A stretch of DNA of 64,000 nt from Desulfobacula sp. (GCA_012031875.1 JAAUSZ010000001.1:12564-76563), one strand, 5' to 3'. Numbered from the stretch's first letter, positions 1 to 10,389 are shown. Made by a program: numbers and translations. The notes: generated by a model from the letters alone, not told the origin.

Positions 1-363
1 TCAGGCCAGGGAAAACTCATTGCCAGGGAATTTCTTGATCCTACCCCGGCCTTTGACAACATTGTGGAAACCTATATCCGGCCCCAGAAAAATATTCTTT
101 CCGCCATTGTCTTTGACGTGTCCGGCGGAAAACTGGATCAGGACGCCGTCCTTTCCTGCGCCGTCAGCATCATCGGCCAGTGTATCTATTATACCTTTGC
201 CGCCCCCATCATCGAAAAGATTGCGGGAAATCTGGCCCCCATTGAAAAAAACCTGGATTTCCTTTCAGACCATGTTTTCCGGTTCTCCCTGGGCGGTATT
301 CAACGCACCATCAACACCCTTCATGAGAACAACGGATTTGCCCGTCAGGAGGCTCACCAATGA
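1..363 (+). CDS. TetR/CerR(CecR)-family regulator, C-terminal part (5'-truncated by window)
   Basis: Frame open from base 1 (SGQGKLIAREFLDPTPAFDNIVETYIRP...SIIGQCIYY...FSLGGI); resembles the CerR C-terminal domain; overlaps start of HlyD gene as in cecR-ybhGFSR. Confidence 0.75.
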   Translation, partial: SGQGKLIAREFLDPTPAFDNIVETYIRPQKNILSAIVFDVSGGKLDQDAVLSCAVSIIGQCIYYTFAAPIIEKIAGNLAPIEKNLDFLSDHVFRFSLGGIQRTINTLHENNGFARQEAHQ

Positions 364-1550
364 AAAAAAAGCAAATTCTTATCATCCTGCTTCTATTGAT
401 TCTTACAGGGACCCTCACCTTTTTCATCGCCTTCAAGGGAAAAACAGACCCGGGAACCCTCCGGGTTTCGGGAAATATTGAGGCCACGGATGTGGAACTG
501 GGATTCAAGATTGCCGGGAGGATGGAAGAATGCCTTGCCGAGGAAGGGGATACCGTATCCAAAGGCGCGGTTCTGGCCCGCCTGGAAAATATGGACCAGA
601 AAATTGCCGTGGCCCTGGCAGAATCCAGCCTGGACCGGGCAAATTCCGTATTGGCGGAACTCGTGGCCGGAAGCCGTCCTCAGGAGATTGACCTTTCCGC
701 GGCCCGGGTGGCCCAGGCCCGCCAGGCGCTTTTGGAACTGACCCGGGGAAGCCGGGCCCAGGAAATTGAAACTGCGGCAGCCGATCTGAACACGGCCCTG
801 GCGTCTGAAAAATCCGCACACTCCCAATTAACCCAGGCCAAAGAGGATTTTGACCGGTTCGCCGGCCTTCTGAAACAACAGACCGTGAGCCAGAGGGATT
901 TCGACCTTTACCGGACCCAGTATGAGGTGGCTCAAAACAAGGCTGAAGAAGCCGGGGCCAGGGTTAATGCCGCGCGCCAGGCCCTGTCTCTGCGAAAAGA
1001 GGGGCCCAGGATCGAGCAGATTGAAAAGGCTAAGGCCGCCCTTGCCCAGGCCGAGGCGGAATATGCCCTGACTCAGGCCGGACCCCGGCAGGAAAAAATC
1101 GACCAGGCCAAAACCATGGTGGATGAAGCAAAGGAAAAACTCAACCAGGCCAGGCAGCAGCTTTCCTATACCGAACTCTTCGCGCCCATGGACGGGGTGG
1201 TCCTGAGCCGGTCCGCCGAACCAGGGGAATTTTTAAACCCGTCCACACCGGTCCTCGTCCTGGGAGACCTGGCCCATCCCTGGCTTCGGGCCTATATCAA
1301 TGAAACAGACCTGGGCCGGGTTCAATTAAAGGACAGGGTCAAGGTCACCACCGATTCTTTTCCCGGCAAAACCTATGACGGAATTCTTTCCTTTATCAGC
1401 AGCCAGGCCGAATTTACCCCCAAATCAGTGCAGACCTTTGAAGAGCGGGTCAAACTCATGTTCAGAATCAAGATCGAGCTGGCCAACCCGGATCATGAAC
1501 TCAAACCCGGCATGCCTGCGGACGCCTTGATCTCAACCCCTGTGAAATGA
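360..1550 (+). CDS. ybhG: HlyD-family efflux membrane fusion protein (YbhG-like)
   Basis: N-terminal TM, lipoyl-like GDTVSKGAVLARL, long coiled coil, AEFTPKSVQT and LKPGMPAD motifs. Confidence 0.9.
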   Translation: MKKKQILIILLLLILTGTLTFFIAFKGKTDPGTLRVSGNIEATDVELGFKIAGRMEECLAEEGDTVSKGAVLARLENMDQKIAVALAESSLDRANSVLAELVAGSRPQEIDLSAARVAQARQALLELTRGSRAQEIETAAADLNTALASEKSAHSQLTQAKEDFDRFAGLLKQQTVSQRDFDLYRTQYEVAQNKAEEAGARVNAARQALSLRKEGPRIEQIEKAKAALAQAEAEYALTQAGPRQEKIDQAKTMVDEAKEKLNQARQQLSYTELFAPMDGVVLSRSAEPGEFLNPSTPVLVLGDLAHPWLRAYINETDLGRVQLKDRVKVTTDSFPGKTYDGILSFISSQAEFTPKSVQTFEERVKLMFRIKIELANPDHELKPGMPADALISTPVK

Positions 1551-1551
1551 C

Positions 1552-3567
1552 ATGGACCTCCTGGAAAAAAAGGACGGGCCTGCCATTGAAGCCCAAGACC
1601 TGACCAAACGATTCGGGGATCTTACGGCCGTGGACCACATCGGGTTTGAGGTGGCCAAGGGGGAAATCTTCGGCATTGTCGGGCCCGACGGAGCCGGGAA
1701 AACCACGACCCTGCGCATGCTGGCCGGGATCATGGACCCCAGCGAAGGCTGGGCCGCCATTGCCGGCTTTGACACCCGGACCGCCACTTCCTCGGCCAAG
1801 GACAACATGGCCTATATGAGCCAGAGATTCGGTCTTTATCCGGATCTCACCGTGGATGAAAACATCGAATTTTATGCCGATCTTTACGGGGTGCCCCGAA
1901 AAGGCCGGGAAGAACGGTTTCAGGACCTTTTAGGCTTCAGCCATATGGGGCCTTTTAAAAAGCGGAAGGCCGGAGACCTGTCCGGCGGCATGAAGCAGAA
2001 GCTCCAGCTTATCTGCGCCCTGGTCCATACCCCGGCCGTCCTTCTTCTGGACGAACCCACCAACGGCGTGGACCCGGTGAGCCGACGGGATTTCTGGCGG
2101 ATTCTCTACCGGATTGTCCGGGAAGGCGTATCCATCCTGGTGACCACGGCCTACCTGGATGAAGCCGAGCGTTGCGACAGGATCGGACTCCTGGACAGGG
2201 GAAAGCTCATGGCCGCCGGCACCCCCCATGAAATCCGGAAGTGGATGAAAAAAAGGGTGCTGACCCTTCAAAGCCCCGATGCCAGAAAGATCAACCGCAT
2301 GCTCCAGCAAAGGCTGGCCGGAGCTGAGGTCAATGTGTTTGGCGACACCGTGCATCTTGTCTGCGAGGAGGTTGAAAAAACCAGGGCCGCGGCCCTTAAC
2401 CTGATCCAACGCACCGGTTTTGAAGTCGGCGGCATCCGGGAAGCCCAGCCCGGCCTGGAAGATGTCATCATCAGCATGATGGGAAAAGACCGTCACGAGG
2501 ATACCCTTCCCGGATCAGAACCCTTGACTGACAGCCCTTCAGGGGATCTTCTTTCCGGCAGCCCCCTTCCCCGCGCCTCAGCCCTGCCCAAAGGTAAAAC
2601 ACAGGACCCGGCCGTCAGCGTGGAAAACCTCTCCCGGGTATTCGGCAGCTTTGTGGCCGTCAATCAACTGAGTTTTGAAGTCCCCAAGGGTGAAATCTTC
2701 GGGTTCCTGGGCCCCAACGGCGCGGGAAAAAGCACGACCATCCGCATGCTCTGCGGGCTTTTGACCCCCAGTTCCGGCAAAGGCCGGGTGGCGGGCTTTG
2801 ATATTTTTAAAGACCCTGAACAGATCAAACAGCATATCGGGTATATGAGCCAGAAATTTTCCCTGTATGAGGATCTGACTGTTGAGGAAAATATTCAGTT
2901 TTACGGCGGCATCTACGGCCTTAAAGGCCCTGCCGTGAAAAAAAGAAAGGCCTGGGCCATGGAAACCGCGGGGCTGCGGGATCACGGAAAATCTTTGACC
3001 CGAATCCTCAGCACGGGATGGAAACAGCGGCTGGCCCTGGCCTGCGCCATCCTCCATGAACCGCCCATCATTTTCCTGGACGAGCCCACCAGCGGGGTGG
3101 ACCCCTTAAGCCGCCGCCGGTTCTGGGACATGATCTACGGCATGGCCGACCGGGGCGTCACCGTGTTTGTGACCACCCATTATATGGAAGAGGCCGAATA
3201 TTGCGACCGCATTGCCCTGATCTACCGGGGAAGGATGATTGCCATGGGAACCCCCATGGAGCTGAAAACCCGGCATATGCAGGAAGACATCCTGGATATC
3301 CGGTGCGACCGGCCCCAGAATATTTCCCTGGAACTCACAGGCCTGGCCGGAATACGGGATGTCTCCCTTTTCGGAGCCGGGCTCCATGTGGTCACCCTTG
3401 ATGCGGGCCAGGCGGAAAAAACCATCCGGGAAAAATTTAAAACCCTGGGCCTGACAAACTATACCATTGAAACCATCCTGCCCGGCATGGAAGATGTGTT
3501 TATCTCCCTGATTGAGCAGGATGACAAGACCCATGGGACGAAGACCGGGGGAAAGGAAGGCCCATGA
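1552..3567 (+). CDS. ybhF: ABC transporter ATP-binding protein with two ABC domains (YbhF-like)
   Basis: Two Walker A (GPDGAGKTT, GPNGAGKST), LSGGMKQ/LSTGWKQ signatures, two LDEPT motifs. Confidence 0.93.
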   Translation: MDLLEKKDGPAIEAQDLTKRFGDLTAVDHIGFEVAKGEIFGIVGPDGAGKTTTLRMLAGIMDPSEGWAAIAGFDTRTATSSAKDNMAYMSQRFGLYPDLTVDENIEFYADLYGVPRKGREERFQDLLGFSHMGPFKKRKAGDLSGGMKQKLQLICALVHTPAVLLLDEPTNGVDPVSRRDFWRILYRIVREGVSILVTTAYLDEAERCDRIGLLDRGKLMAAGTPHEIRKWMKKRVLTLQSPDARKINRMLQQRLAGAEVNVFGDTVHLVCEEVEKTRAAALNLIQRTGFEVGGIREAQPGLEDVIISMMGKDRHEDTLPGSEPLTDSPSGDLLSGSPLPRASALPKGKTQDPAVSVENLSRVFGSFVAVNQLSFEVPKGEIFGFLGPNGAGKSTTIRMLCGLLTPSSGKGRVAGFDIFKDPEQIKQHIGYMSQKFSLYEDLTVEENIQFYGGIYGLKGPAVKKRKAWAMETAGLRDHGKSLTRILSTGWKQRLALACAILHEPPIIFLDEPTSGVDPLSRRRFWDMIYGMADRGVTVFVTTHYMEEAEYCDRIALIYRGRMIAMGTPMELKTRHMQEDILDIRCDRPQNISLELTGLAGIRDVSLFGAGLHVVTLDAGQAEKTIREKFKTLGLTNYTIETILPGMEDVFISLIEQDDKTHGTKTGGKEGP

Positions 3568-4697
3568 AATTCCAGCGCCTCCTGGCCATTGTCAAAAAGG
3601 AATTTCTCCATGTATTCCGGGACTGGCGAAGCCTTTACCTCTCTCTTGCCATCCCGGTCATTCTCATCCTGCTCTTCGGCTATGCCCTGACCCTGGATTT
3701 AAGAAAGGTGCCCACGGTGGTCCTGGACCAGTCCAGGTCCGCCCGAAGCCGGGAATTGATTGAACTTTTCGCCGGGTCCCCCTATTTTTCCATCATCGGA
3801 TACCCCCATGCCTACCCGGAGCTGCAACTGGCCCTGGACCGGGGGACCGCCATGGTGGCCCTTGTGGTTCCTTCGGACTTTGCCGAAAAAATTGCCGCCG
3901 GAAAAAACACCCAGATCCAGATCCTGGCCGACGGCAGCGATGCCAATACCTCCCGCCTGGCCATGGGCTACGCCTCCACCATCGGCCTCATCTATTCCTC
4001 CCGGGTGACGGTGGGGCGCATGCAGGCCCTGGGCAAGGATCCCATGGCCCAGCCCGTGGAAATGGTTTCCCGGTCCTGGTACAACCCGGATTTAAGAAGC
4101 CAGAACGTCATCATCCCCGGCATCATCGCCATTGTCATGGTGGTCATTGCGGCCATGCTGACCAGCGTCACCATTGCCCGGGAATGGGAAACCGGCACCA
4201 TGGAACAGTTGATCAGCACCCCGCTGAAGGGTCCGGAACTCATCTTCGGCAAGGTCATCCCCTATTTCCTCATCGGCATGACCGATGTGGCCATTGCCGT
4301 CACGATGGGCAAATGGCTCTTCCATGTGCCCATCGTGGGAAATGCGGGCCTCCTCTTTGCCATGGCCTCGATTTTCCTGACCGGCGCCCTTTTCTGGGGT
4401 ATGTTCCTGAGCATCGTGCTGAAATCCCAGGTCCTGGCCAACCAGATGGCCATTGTGTCCGGCTACCTGCCCACCCTGATCCTGAGCGGCTTTGTTTTTG
4501 CCATCGAGAATATGCCCCTGCCCATCCAGTGCATCACCTATATTGTGCCGGCCCGGTATTTCATCGCCATCCTGAGAGGCATCTATCTGAAGGGCATCGG
4601 GCTTGAGATCCTTTTTGCGGATGCCCTGCTCCTCTCTGTCTATGCCGCGGTCATGATCCTTCTTGCCAACAAAAAATTTAAATTTAAACTGGAATAG
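3564..4697 (+). CDS. ybhS: ABC-2 type permease (YbhS-like)
   Basis: YNP..., AREWETGTMEQL motif, multiple TM helices, operon context. Confidence 0.9.
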   Translation: MKFQRLLAIVKKEFLHVFRDWRSLYLSLAIPVILILLFGYALTLDLRKVPTVVLDQSRSARSRELIELFAGSPYFSIIGYPHAYPELQLALDRGTAMVALVVPSDFAEKIAAGKNTQIQILADGSDANTSRLAMGYASTIGLIYSSRVTVGRMQALGKDPMAQPVEMVSRSWYNPDLRSQNVIIPGIIAIVMVVIAAMLTSVTIAREWETGTMEQLISTPLKGPELIFGKVIPYFLIGMTDVAIAVTMGKWLFHVPIVGNAGLLFAMASIFLTGALFWGMFLSIVLKSQVLANQMAIVSGYLPTLILSGFVFAIENMPLPIQCITYIVPARYFIAILRGIYLKGIGLEILFADALLLSVYAAVMILLANKKFKFKLE

Positions 4698-4699
4698 CC

Positions 4700-5827
4700 A
4701 TGATCCAACGAATCCGACAGATGCTCATCAAAGAATTTTTGCAGATCCTGAGGGACAGAAGGATGCGAGCCGTTATTTTCGGGATGCCCGTGATCCAGCT
4801 CGTGGTCATGTCCTTTGCCCTCACCACCGATGTCATGAACATCCGCACCGGGGTCCTGGACATGGACAAAACCCCTTCTTCCAGGGAACTCATCCATTCT
4901 TTTACAGCCGGGGGCTATTTTGAAATGATCCGGACCGTGGATTCCCAGGCAGACATCCAAGGCCTCCTGGACCGGGCCGAGGTCAGGGCCGTGATCCACA
5001 TTCCCCCCGGCTTTGAGGCAGACCTGAAATCCGGGTCCACGGCTTCGGTACAAGTCCTCACAGACGGCACGGACAGCAACAGCACCGCCATTGTCCAGGG
5101 CTACGCCGGACGCATTGTCCAGGACTATTCCCACCAGAAACTTATGGCCCGGCTTCAGCAAAGCGGGCTGCCTGCCGTGAAAACCCCCGTGGATACAATG
5201 GAACGGGCCTTTTTCAATGAAAACCAGGAAAGCCGGTTTTATTTTGTTCCCTCCCTGATTGCCGTGATGCTCTTTATTTTCAGCCTGCTGCTTACCAGCA
5301 TCAGCATTGTCCGGGAAAAGGAAATCGGCACCATTGAGCAGGTCATGGTCACGCCCATCCGGAAATTCGAATTCATCCTGGGCAAGACCGTTCCCTTTAT
5401 GATCACGGGCTATATTTCCATGACCATCATGCTGGTGGTGGCCTTTTTCATCTTCGACATCGTGGTCAAGGGAAATATCTTCCTGTTTTATCTTTTATCC
5501 GGCCTCTACCTTTTCGGGAACATGGGCATCGCCCTCATCATCAGCGCCGGGGCCTCCACCCAACAGCAGGCCATGCTGACCAGCTTTCTGATCCTCATGC
5601 CCTGTGTCATGTTGTCCGGGTTCATGTTCCCCATCAAAAACATGCCGGATATCATCCAGTATGCCACCTGGCTGAACCCCATGCGCTGGTATCTGGAAAT
5701 CCTCCGGGGCATTGTCATGAAAGATGTGGGCCTGGCGGTTCTCTGGCCTGCCGTGGCGGCCCAGGCCGGCCTGGCCGCAGCGTTTATCAGCCTGGCCTGG
5801 GTAAGGTTCAGCAAGACCCTGTCATAA
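4700..5827 (+). CDS. ybhR: ABC-2 type permease (YbhR-like)
   Basis: VREKEIGTIEQV motif, LSGFMFPI, multiple TM helices. Confidence 0.9.
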   Translation: MIQRIRQMLIKEFLQILRDRRMRAVIFGMPVIQLVVMSFALTTDVMNIRTGVLDMDKTPSSRELIHSFTAGGYFEMIRTVDSQADIQGLLDRAEVRAVIHIPPGFEADLKSGSTASVQVLTDGTDSNSTAIVQGYAGRIVQDYSHQKLMARLQQSGLPAVKTPVDTMERAFFNENQESRFYFVPSLIAVMLFIFSLLLTSISIVREKEIGTIEQVMVTPIRKFEFILGKTVPFMITGYISMTIMLVVAFFIFDIVVKGNIFLFYLLSGLYLFGNMGIALIISAGASTQQQAMLTSFLILMPCVMLSGFMFPIKNMPDIIQYATWLNPMRWYLEILRGIVMKDVGLAVLWPAVAAQAGLAAAFISLAWVRFSKTLS

Positions 5828-5878
5828 AAAAGATATCTTTTACAGGAATCCTTTCAGGCCCGAAAATCTATTTTTGCC

Positions 5879-5907
5879 TTGACAGCACACCCTAAACTTT
5901 ATATTGC
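5879..5907 (+). promoter_or_regulatory. Putative sigma70 promoter
   Basis: Perfect TTGACA at 5879-5884; TATATT at 15-nt or TATTGC at 17-nt spacing (neither ideal). Confidence 0.4.
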
Positions 5908-5917
5908 CTTAAAAGAA

Positions 5918-6080
5918 GATTGTACCGGGCGATTGGATTTATCCATGTCTCCCTCCCAAGATACGCTTAGCTCTGTGAATGAACTGCCTTCTTCACCCAG
6001 GTTTCGGCTATGAATGCTGCCCACCCTGACCTAGATCCTCCTGAGACCATGGAAATCCAATCCCCCGCGATGTTTACATC
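5918..6080 (+). ncRNA. Candidate structured RNA (sRNA, 6S-like rod or cis-regulatory leader); family unknown
   Basis: About 23-bp imperfect closing stem (5926-5951 with 6043-6067), inner stem about 5968-6010, large internal bubble with CCTCC motifs; upstream TTGACA. Confidence 0.4.
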
Positions 6081-6100
6081 ATAACATGAAGGAGGCCGGC

Positions 6101-6289
6101 ATGAAATTTTCAGATTTATTTGTCCCGAAATACGTACATTCAGACCCGAATGTTCGTCTCAAATTCATTTCAAAATCAAAAGACATCAGCCTGCTGGAAC
6201 AGATGGCGGTGAAAGACGCGGATGAAGACGTCCGGAAAGCGGCAGCAGAACGGGCCCGAATGCTTAAAGGAGAACTCAGCTCAGCATAG
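6101..6289 (+). CDS. Small hypothetical protein with HEAT-like repeat character
   Basis: AGGAGG RBS at 6090-6095; HSDPNVR...DADEDVRKAA helical repeat pattern. Confidence 0.7.
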   Translation: MKFSDLFVPKYVHSDPNVRLKFISKSKDISLLEQMAVKDADEDVRKAAAERARMLKGELSSA

Positions 6290-6305
6290 GGGGGGACGGT
6301 CCCGG

Positions 6306-7613
6306 TCATGGCGATGATTCAGGATGTGCCCCCCGGCTTTGAGAAACATTTTTACAATGGGTTTCATGGATGTTCAGGGCGCCCGCGACCCCGATGGCGG
6401 CAAAGGCAAGCATCAGATAAAACCCGTTTTGATAATCCACGGCCGAGTAGATACGGGCGCTGCCGTCCAGGGCGCCGGTCCAGGTCAGGTCCATAACCCT
6501 GCCAAAGAGCGGCTGCATCAAGGCAGTGCCCATAAAACAGCCGGTATTGACCACGCTGACGGCCATGCCGGAAAACAGAGGATGGATCACTTCCTTGGCG
6601 CAGGCAAAGGTCAGGACAAAGCCGGAGCCGGCAAAGCCCATGAGGCCGAAGAGCGCCATGCCGGACATGCCCGGAGACCAGGGCAGAAATATCAGGATGA
6701 GCCATGACCCGGCATACAGGATTGAGGCCGTCAACATCACCGGCTTTCTTTTCCCCATCCGGTCCGAAATCCAGCCGAAGAAAAAGGACCCGCAGGCAAA
6801 AGAGGCCAGCATGACGGTGATATGGTGTGCGGCAAAGGCCCTGGAGATGCCGAACACATCCCTTAAATAGGGAACTCCCCAGAGTCCCATGAAGGCATAG
6901 AGCCCTCCCACCATGCCGAACTGGACAAAAAAACCGGGCCAGACTTTTTTAACCCGGACCACATTGGCCAGGCTTTTCAGCCAGGGAGGGCCTTGCTTTT
7001 GGGAGACTAGGCCCGCGCCCTTGATCAGGCCGGGGAAACCGGCATCTTCGGGCCGGGTCCGGACCATTATAAAGCCTGCAACGGCCAGGATGAGAGACAG
7101 GCTTCCGATGCCCACAAACACCACGCGCCAGGGCATCATATCCAGAACCGTCGAAAGCGGCCCTGCTGCAAAAATGGATCCCAGATTGCCCACCAGGAGC
7201 GTCAACCCGCTCATGATCCCGAAAACCCGTTCACTGAACCACAGGGAATTGTTTTTCATGATGCTTACAAAGACTACGGAAACGCCCAGGCCCACAAAAA
7301 ACCGCCCAAGGCAGGCCATTTCAAAATCCGCGGCCAGGCCGAACAGGATGGACCCCAGGCCTGCGGTGAGATTGCCAGCGACAATGGCGGTCCGGGTTCC
7401 CAGGATATCGGCCGTGACCCCCGAGGGAATCTGCATGACCGCGTAGACAAAAAAATAAATCGCGGCCAGGGACCCGAGCCCGGCCCCGGAAACATTAAAA
7501 TCCGCCATTAAGAATTTGGACACGACCCCCGGCGCCATGCGGTGAAAATACACCAGGATATAGGTCAGCATCAGGATCAAAAAGATGGACCATCTTTTGA
7601 TTTCAAAATCCAT
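6306..7613 (-). CDS. MFS transporter (start could be 7631 or 7646)
   Basis: 12-TM pattern, motif A-like GVTADILGTR and GWISDRMGKRK. Confidence 0.9.
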   Translation of the reverse strand: MDFEIKRWSIFLILMLTYILVYFHRMAPGVVSKFLMADFNVSGAGLGSLAAIYFFVYAVMQIPSGVTADILGTRTAIVAGNLTAGLGSILFGLAADFEMACLGRFFVGLGVSVVFVSIMKNNSLWFSERVFGIMSGLTLLVGNLGSIFAAGPLSTVLDMMPWRVVFVGIGSLSLILAVAGFIMVRTRPEDAGFPGLIKGAGLVSQKQGPPWLKSLANVVRVKKVWPGFFVQFGMVGGLYAFMGLWGVPYLRDVFGISRAFAAHHITVMLASFACGSFFFGWISDRMGKRKPVMLTASILYAGSWLILIFLPWSPGMSGMALFGLMGFAGSGFVLTFACAKEVIHPLFSGMAVSVVNTGCFMGTALMQPLFGRVMDLTWTGALDGSARIYSAVDYQNGFYLMLAFAAIGVAGALNIHETHCKNVSQSRGAHPESSP

Positions 7614-7680
7614 ATGTCTGGTGTTTTCCATGGGCCTTGAATTCACAATGTTTAAGACCGGGCGCCGGTTTCCGTCAATT

Positions 7681-7705
7681 GGTCACCCGCCGGGTGACCT
7701 TTTTT
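7681..7705 (+). terminator. Intrinsic terminator-like hairpin
   Basis: GGTCACCC-GCC-GGGTGACC followed by T6. Confidence 0.55.
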
Positions 7706-7895
7706 CCACCCGATCATATTATAAAACCCCTGGTTCTCAAACTGTTTTTTTTGATGTGGAATGCCTGAAATGCTTTACCTCCATCGGGAAGGGGGAGCCC
7801 ATGGCCTGCAAGATCAACGGGAGCCTGCAGTTGTAAAAAAGAGGCCCTTCACCGGCCAAGGTTGTTCCGGGTGACGGTCCCGACGGCACTGCCTT

Positions 7896-8570
7896 TCAGG
7901 AACGATCCCGGATAAAGGATAAAGAAGCCTTGATCACGGCCTCATCCTTTAATATTCTCTTGTGTCCCAGATTTTTTGTGACCATGAGCTCCAAAAAAGG
8001 GAAACGGTCGGCCGTCTTCTCCGATTCAATACACGGAATCACCGGATCATCTTTATCATGGACAATAAGAAAAATCTGATTTTCATTATTCAGAAGATTA
8101 ACTGGATTATCGTCCATAAAAGAGTAAGCGTATTTTTTTCAAATTCTGCAATCACTTCCATGTAAACCCGACCGGGTATGCCATAATGACCAAAAGCCGC
8201 ATCAATCATCTGTTTGAGGTGGAGGGCAGGGGCTATCAAAACCGCAGGGAGCGTAAGGTTCTCTTTTGAAAGGCTGTTTATGATGGCTGCCGTGCCGAAA
8301 GAATGACCGATCAGCCCGGTCACACAACAAGCGTATGGCCGGCGCAGCAAAGCACTGACAACGTCTGTCATCTGAAAATAGGTACCGGTTTTTCCGGAAG
8401 AAAGGCCGTGGCCGGTCCTTCACCCCATTGACGGCATCTTATCATGTCTTCATTCACCATGAGGTCAAAGGCCTTGCCTGGCAGCATCCGGTTAACGGTT
8501 TCCAGCGGCGGGATATACCTTTCCGGGGTGAAAACGGTTTTTTAAAATTTCTGCCGCCTCAATCACATCA
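7896..8570 (-). pseudogene. Alpha/beta hydrolase remnant with internal deletion and frameshifts
   Basis: Fragments VFTPERY...WGEGP | GHGLSSGKT...IGHSFG...LIVHDKDDPVIP...LGHKRIL; the HGW segment is missing; 5' end approximate. Confidence 0.65.
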
Positions 8571-8685
8571 ACATGACGCGCCTCACCTTTTCCCACATCT
8601 TCTGCATCTCCCAGTTTATGTGATAGGTGGATTGCGGCCATATCCCGGGTCTTTACCTGAAGCACCCAGGATTTGAAGCAGGGAT

Positions 8686-9741
8686 TTATAAACCCCTTTC
8701 CCAGGCCATCTTCATATATTGTTCAACCGTATTGGCAGGAATGGGATATTTTTTGGATTCTTCTTTTTCCACAAGCGTTATTGCATGAAACTCACACCTT
8801 GTGACGCAGAGACCGCATCCGATACATCTTGCCAAATTAACCCCTGCTGATCCGTCTCCCACGGTTATGGCATCCATCTGGCAGATGTCTTCACAATTGC
8901 CGCAGCCGGTGCAGTCATCTTTGCTGACAGTAACATAATAATGGGTACATGCAATTTTGGCAGGCTCATCCATTTTGTTGAGGTTTTTCAGTACAAAGCA
9001 GCAGCATCCGCAGCACATACAGATAACAAAGGGTTTTTGAGAATTTGACGGCTGAAGCACAAGACCGGCCTCATTGGCTTTGTTCAAAATCTCCAGGGCC
9101 TCTTCTTGGGTGATGGATCGTCCGATATTGTTTTCTTCATAAAAAACTGCATTTGCCCCCAACATCAGGCATACTTCCAGGGGTTTGCCACAGCCATGCC
9201 CGGCCATGGCATGCTCTTTTCTACAGATACACGGCACAACCACAATTTTGGACTGTTTTTTTATAATCGTTTCCGCCTGTTCATAGGGCATGATGTTCAT
9301 TTCAGCGGGAATGCTTTTTGATATGGGGATGACCCTCTTTTGCTGGGTTTTTTGTTTTGCCCAGCTCTTTTCCCAGATCTGAGGAATATATTCAATCACA
9401 TCACGGATGAGCCTCTCATCAAGCGAATTGACATGATATTCCCATATCCCCATGATAAAATTGGCGGCCATATATTTATGCTGCTCTTTGCCGGAACGGC
9501 CGATGAGTCCTTTTCTTGACATACCGTACAAAAGCCTTTCAGTATCGGATTCATTTTTGTCGAGCTTTTTCGCAATAATGTCTACAGATTCCGGAAACAG
9601 GGTAAGGGCTGTTGCGGCTTCCGCTTCTTCCGGTGTAAACAACTGCTTCAATATCCTGAATTCAACCCCTGAATCCGTGGCCGGATAGCTCGCCGGCAGG
9701 TTGTCAAGGTGCTTTGCCAGTCTTTCATATATATCCGTCAT
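8686..9741 (-). CDS. Fe-S protein: N-terminal HTH-like region, Cys-rich core, C-terminal 2x[4Fe-4S] ferredoxin domain
   Basis: CICR...C...C, CMCCGCCC, CTGCGNCEDIC and CIGCGLCVTRC. Confidence 0.85.
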   Translation of the reverse strand: MTDIYERLAKHLDNLPASYPATDSGVEFRILKQLFTPEEAEAATALTLFPESVDIIAKKLDKNESDTERLLYGMSRKGLIGRSGKEQHKYMAANFIMGIWEYHVNSLDERLIRDVIEYIPQIWEKSWAKQKTQQKRVIPISKSIPAEMNIMPYEQAETIIKKQSKIVVVPCICRKEHAMAGHGCGKPLEVCLMLGANAVFYEENNIGRSITQEEALEILNKANEAGLVLQPSNSQKPFVICMCCGCCCFVLKNLNKMDEPAKIACTHYYVTVSKDDCTGCGNCEDICQMDAITVGDGSAGVNLARCIGCGLCVTRCEFHAITLVEKEESKKYPIPANTVEQYMKMAWERGL

Positions 9742-9774
9742 GTTGTCCTCCTTTGCGATCTCAAGCGTTTTCTT

Positions 9775-10389
9775 TCAAATAGACAATTTTTGCAATCGCT
9801 GTCTAAAGGCCGTACCGACCATAATAAGCGATTCAGGATCAAGATAGTCCTCGGCCTGTTTTTGAAACAGCACGGAGCATGTTGCGGGAAATTCATCATC
9901 GCGGTCATTAAACATCAGCAGGATCTCTATTTTCGGCAGCACCCTGAATTCCATGGCAAAATCATAGGATACGCCCAATTCACAGGGCTTGCCGCCTAAT
10001 TTCCGGGATGCATCCGATAATGCGCTGATCCGGCCTGAAAATTTTTTGACAATGGGTCCTTCCGTATCACTGGTAAAAAAATTAAGGTTTGTAAATTGGG
10101 ACATTTTATGAAAATCCTTGAGTGCCGACCACTCCTTATTCACAACGGGGGCATCGGGACATAGCAGCAGGTATTTGGAGAGTATCACGCAAACCATGTA
10201 ATTGGGCCGGTTACCGGACTCATCGGCAATCCCTGTACCGGAAACGATATACTCCTCCCCGAAAAAGGGAATAACGGCATCCCGGCCCCTTAATTCTATT
10301 CCAAGCCTGTCTTTTATGGATGAAAAATCAAGCTCTGCGATTTGACGGCAATACTCATTATAATGGGTTTCAAAAATCGTGGCTTCCAT
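9775..10389 (-). CDS. DUF3786-like protein
   Basis: IPFFGEEY, ILSKYLL, LPKIEILLMFNDRDDEFPATCSVLF...YLDPESL pattern. Confidence 0.75.
   Translation of the reverse strand: MEATIFETHYNEYCRQIAELDFSSIKDRLGIELRGRDAVIPFFGEEYIVSGTGIADESGNRPNYMVCVILSKYLLLCPDAPVVNKEWSALKDFHKMSQFTNLNFFTSDTEGPIVKKFSGRISALSDASRKLGGKPCELGVSYDFAMEFRVLPKIEILLMFNDRDDEFPATCSVLFQKQAEDYLDPESLIMVGTAFRQRLQKLSI

Noticed and set aside
5918-6080. Retron msr-msd or tRNA/tmRNA/SRP interpretation of the inverted repeat
   Set aside because: No reverse transcriptase nearby; no cloverleaf, T-loop or SRP consensus
7801-7836. Tiny ORF MACKINGSLQL with a GGGGAG RBS
   Set aside because: Too short, with no supporting signal
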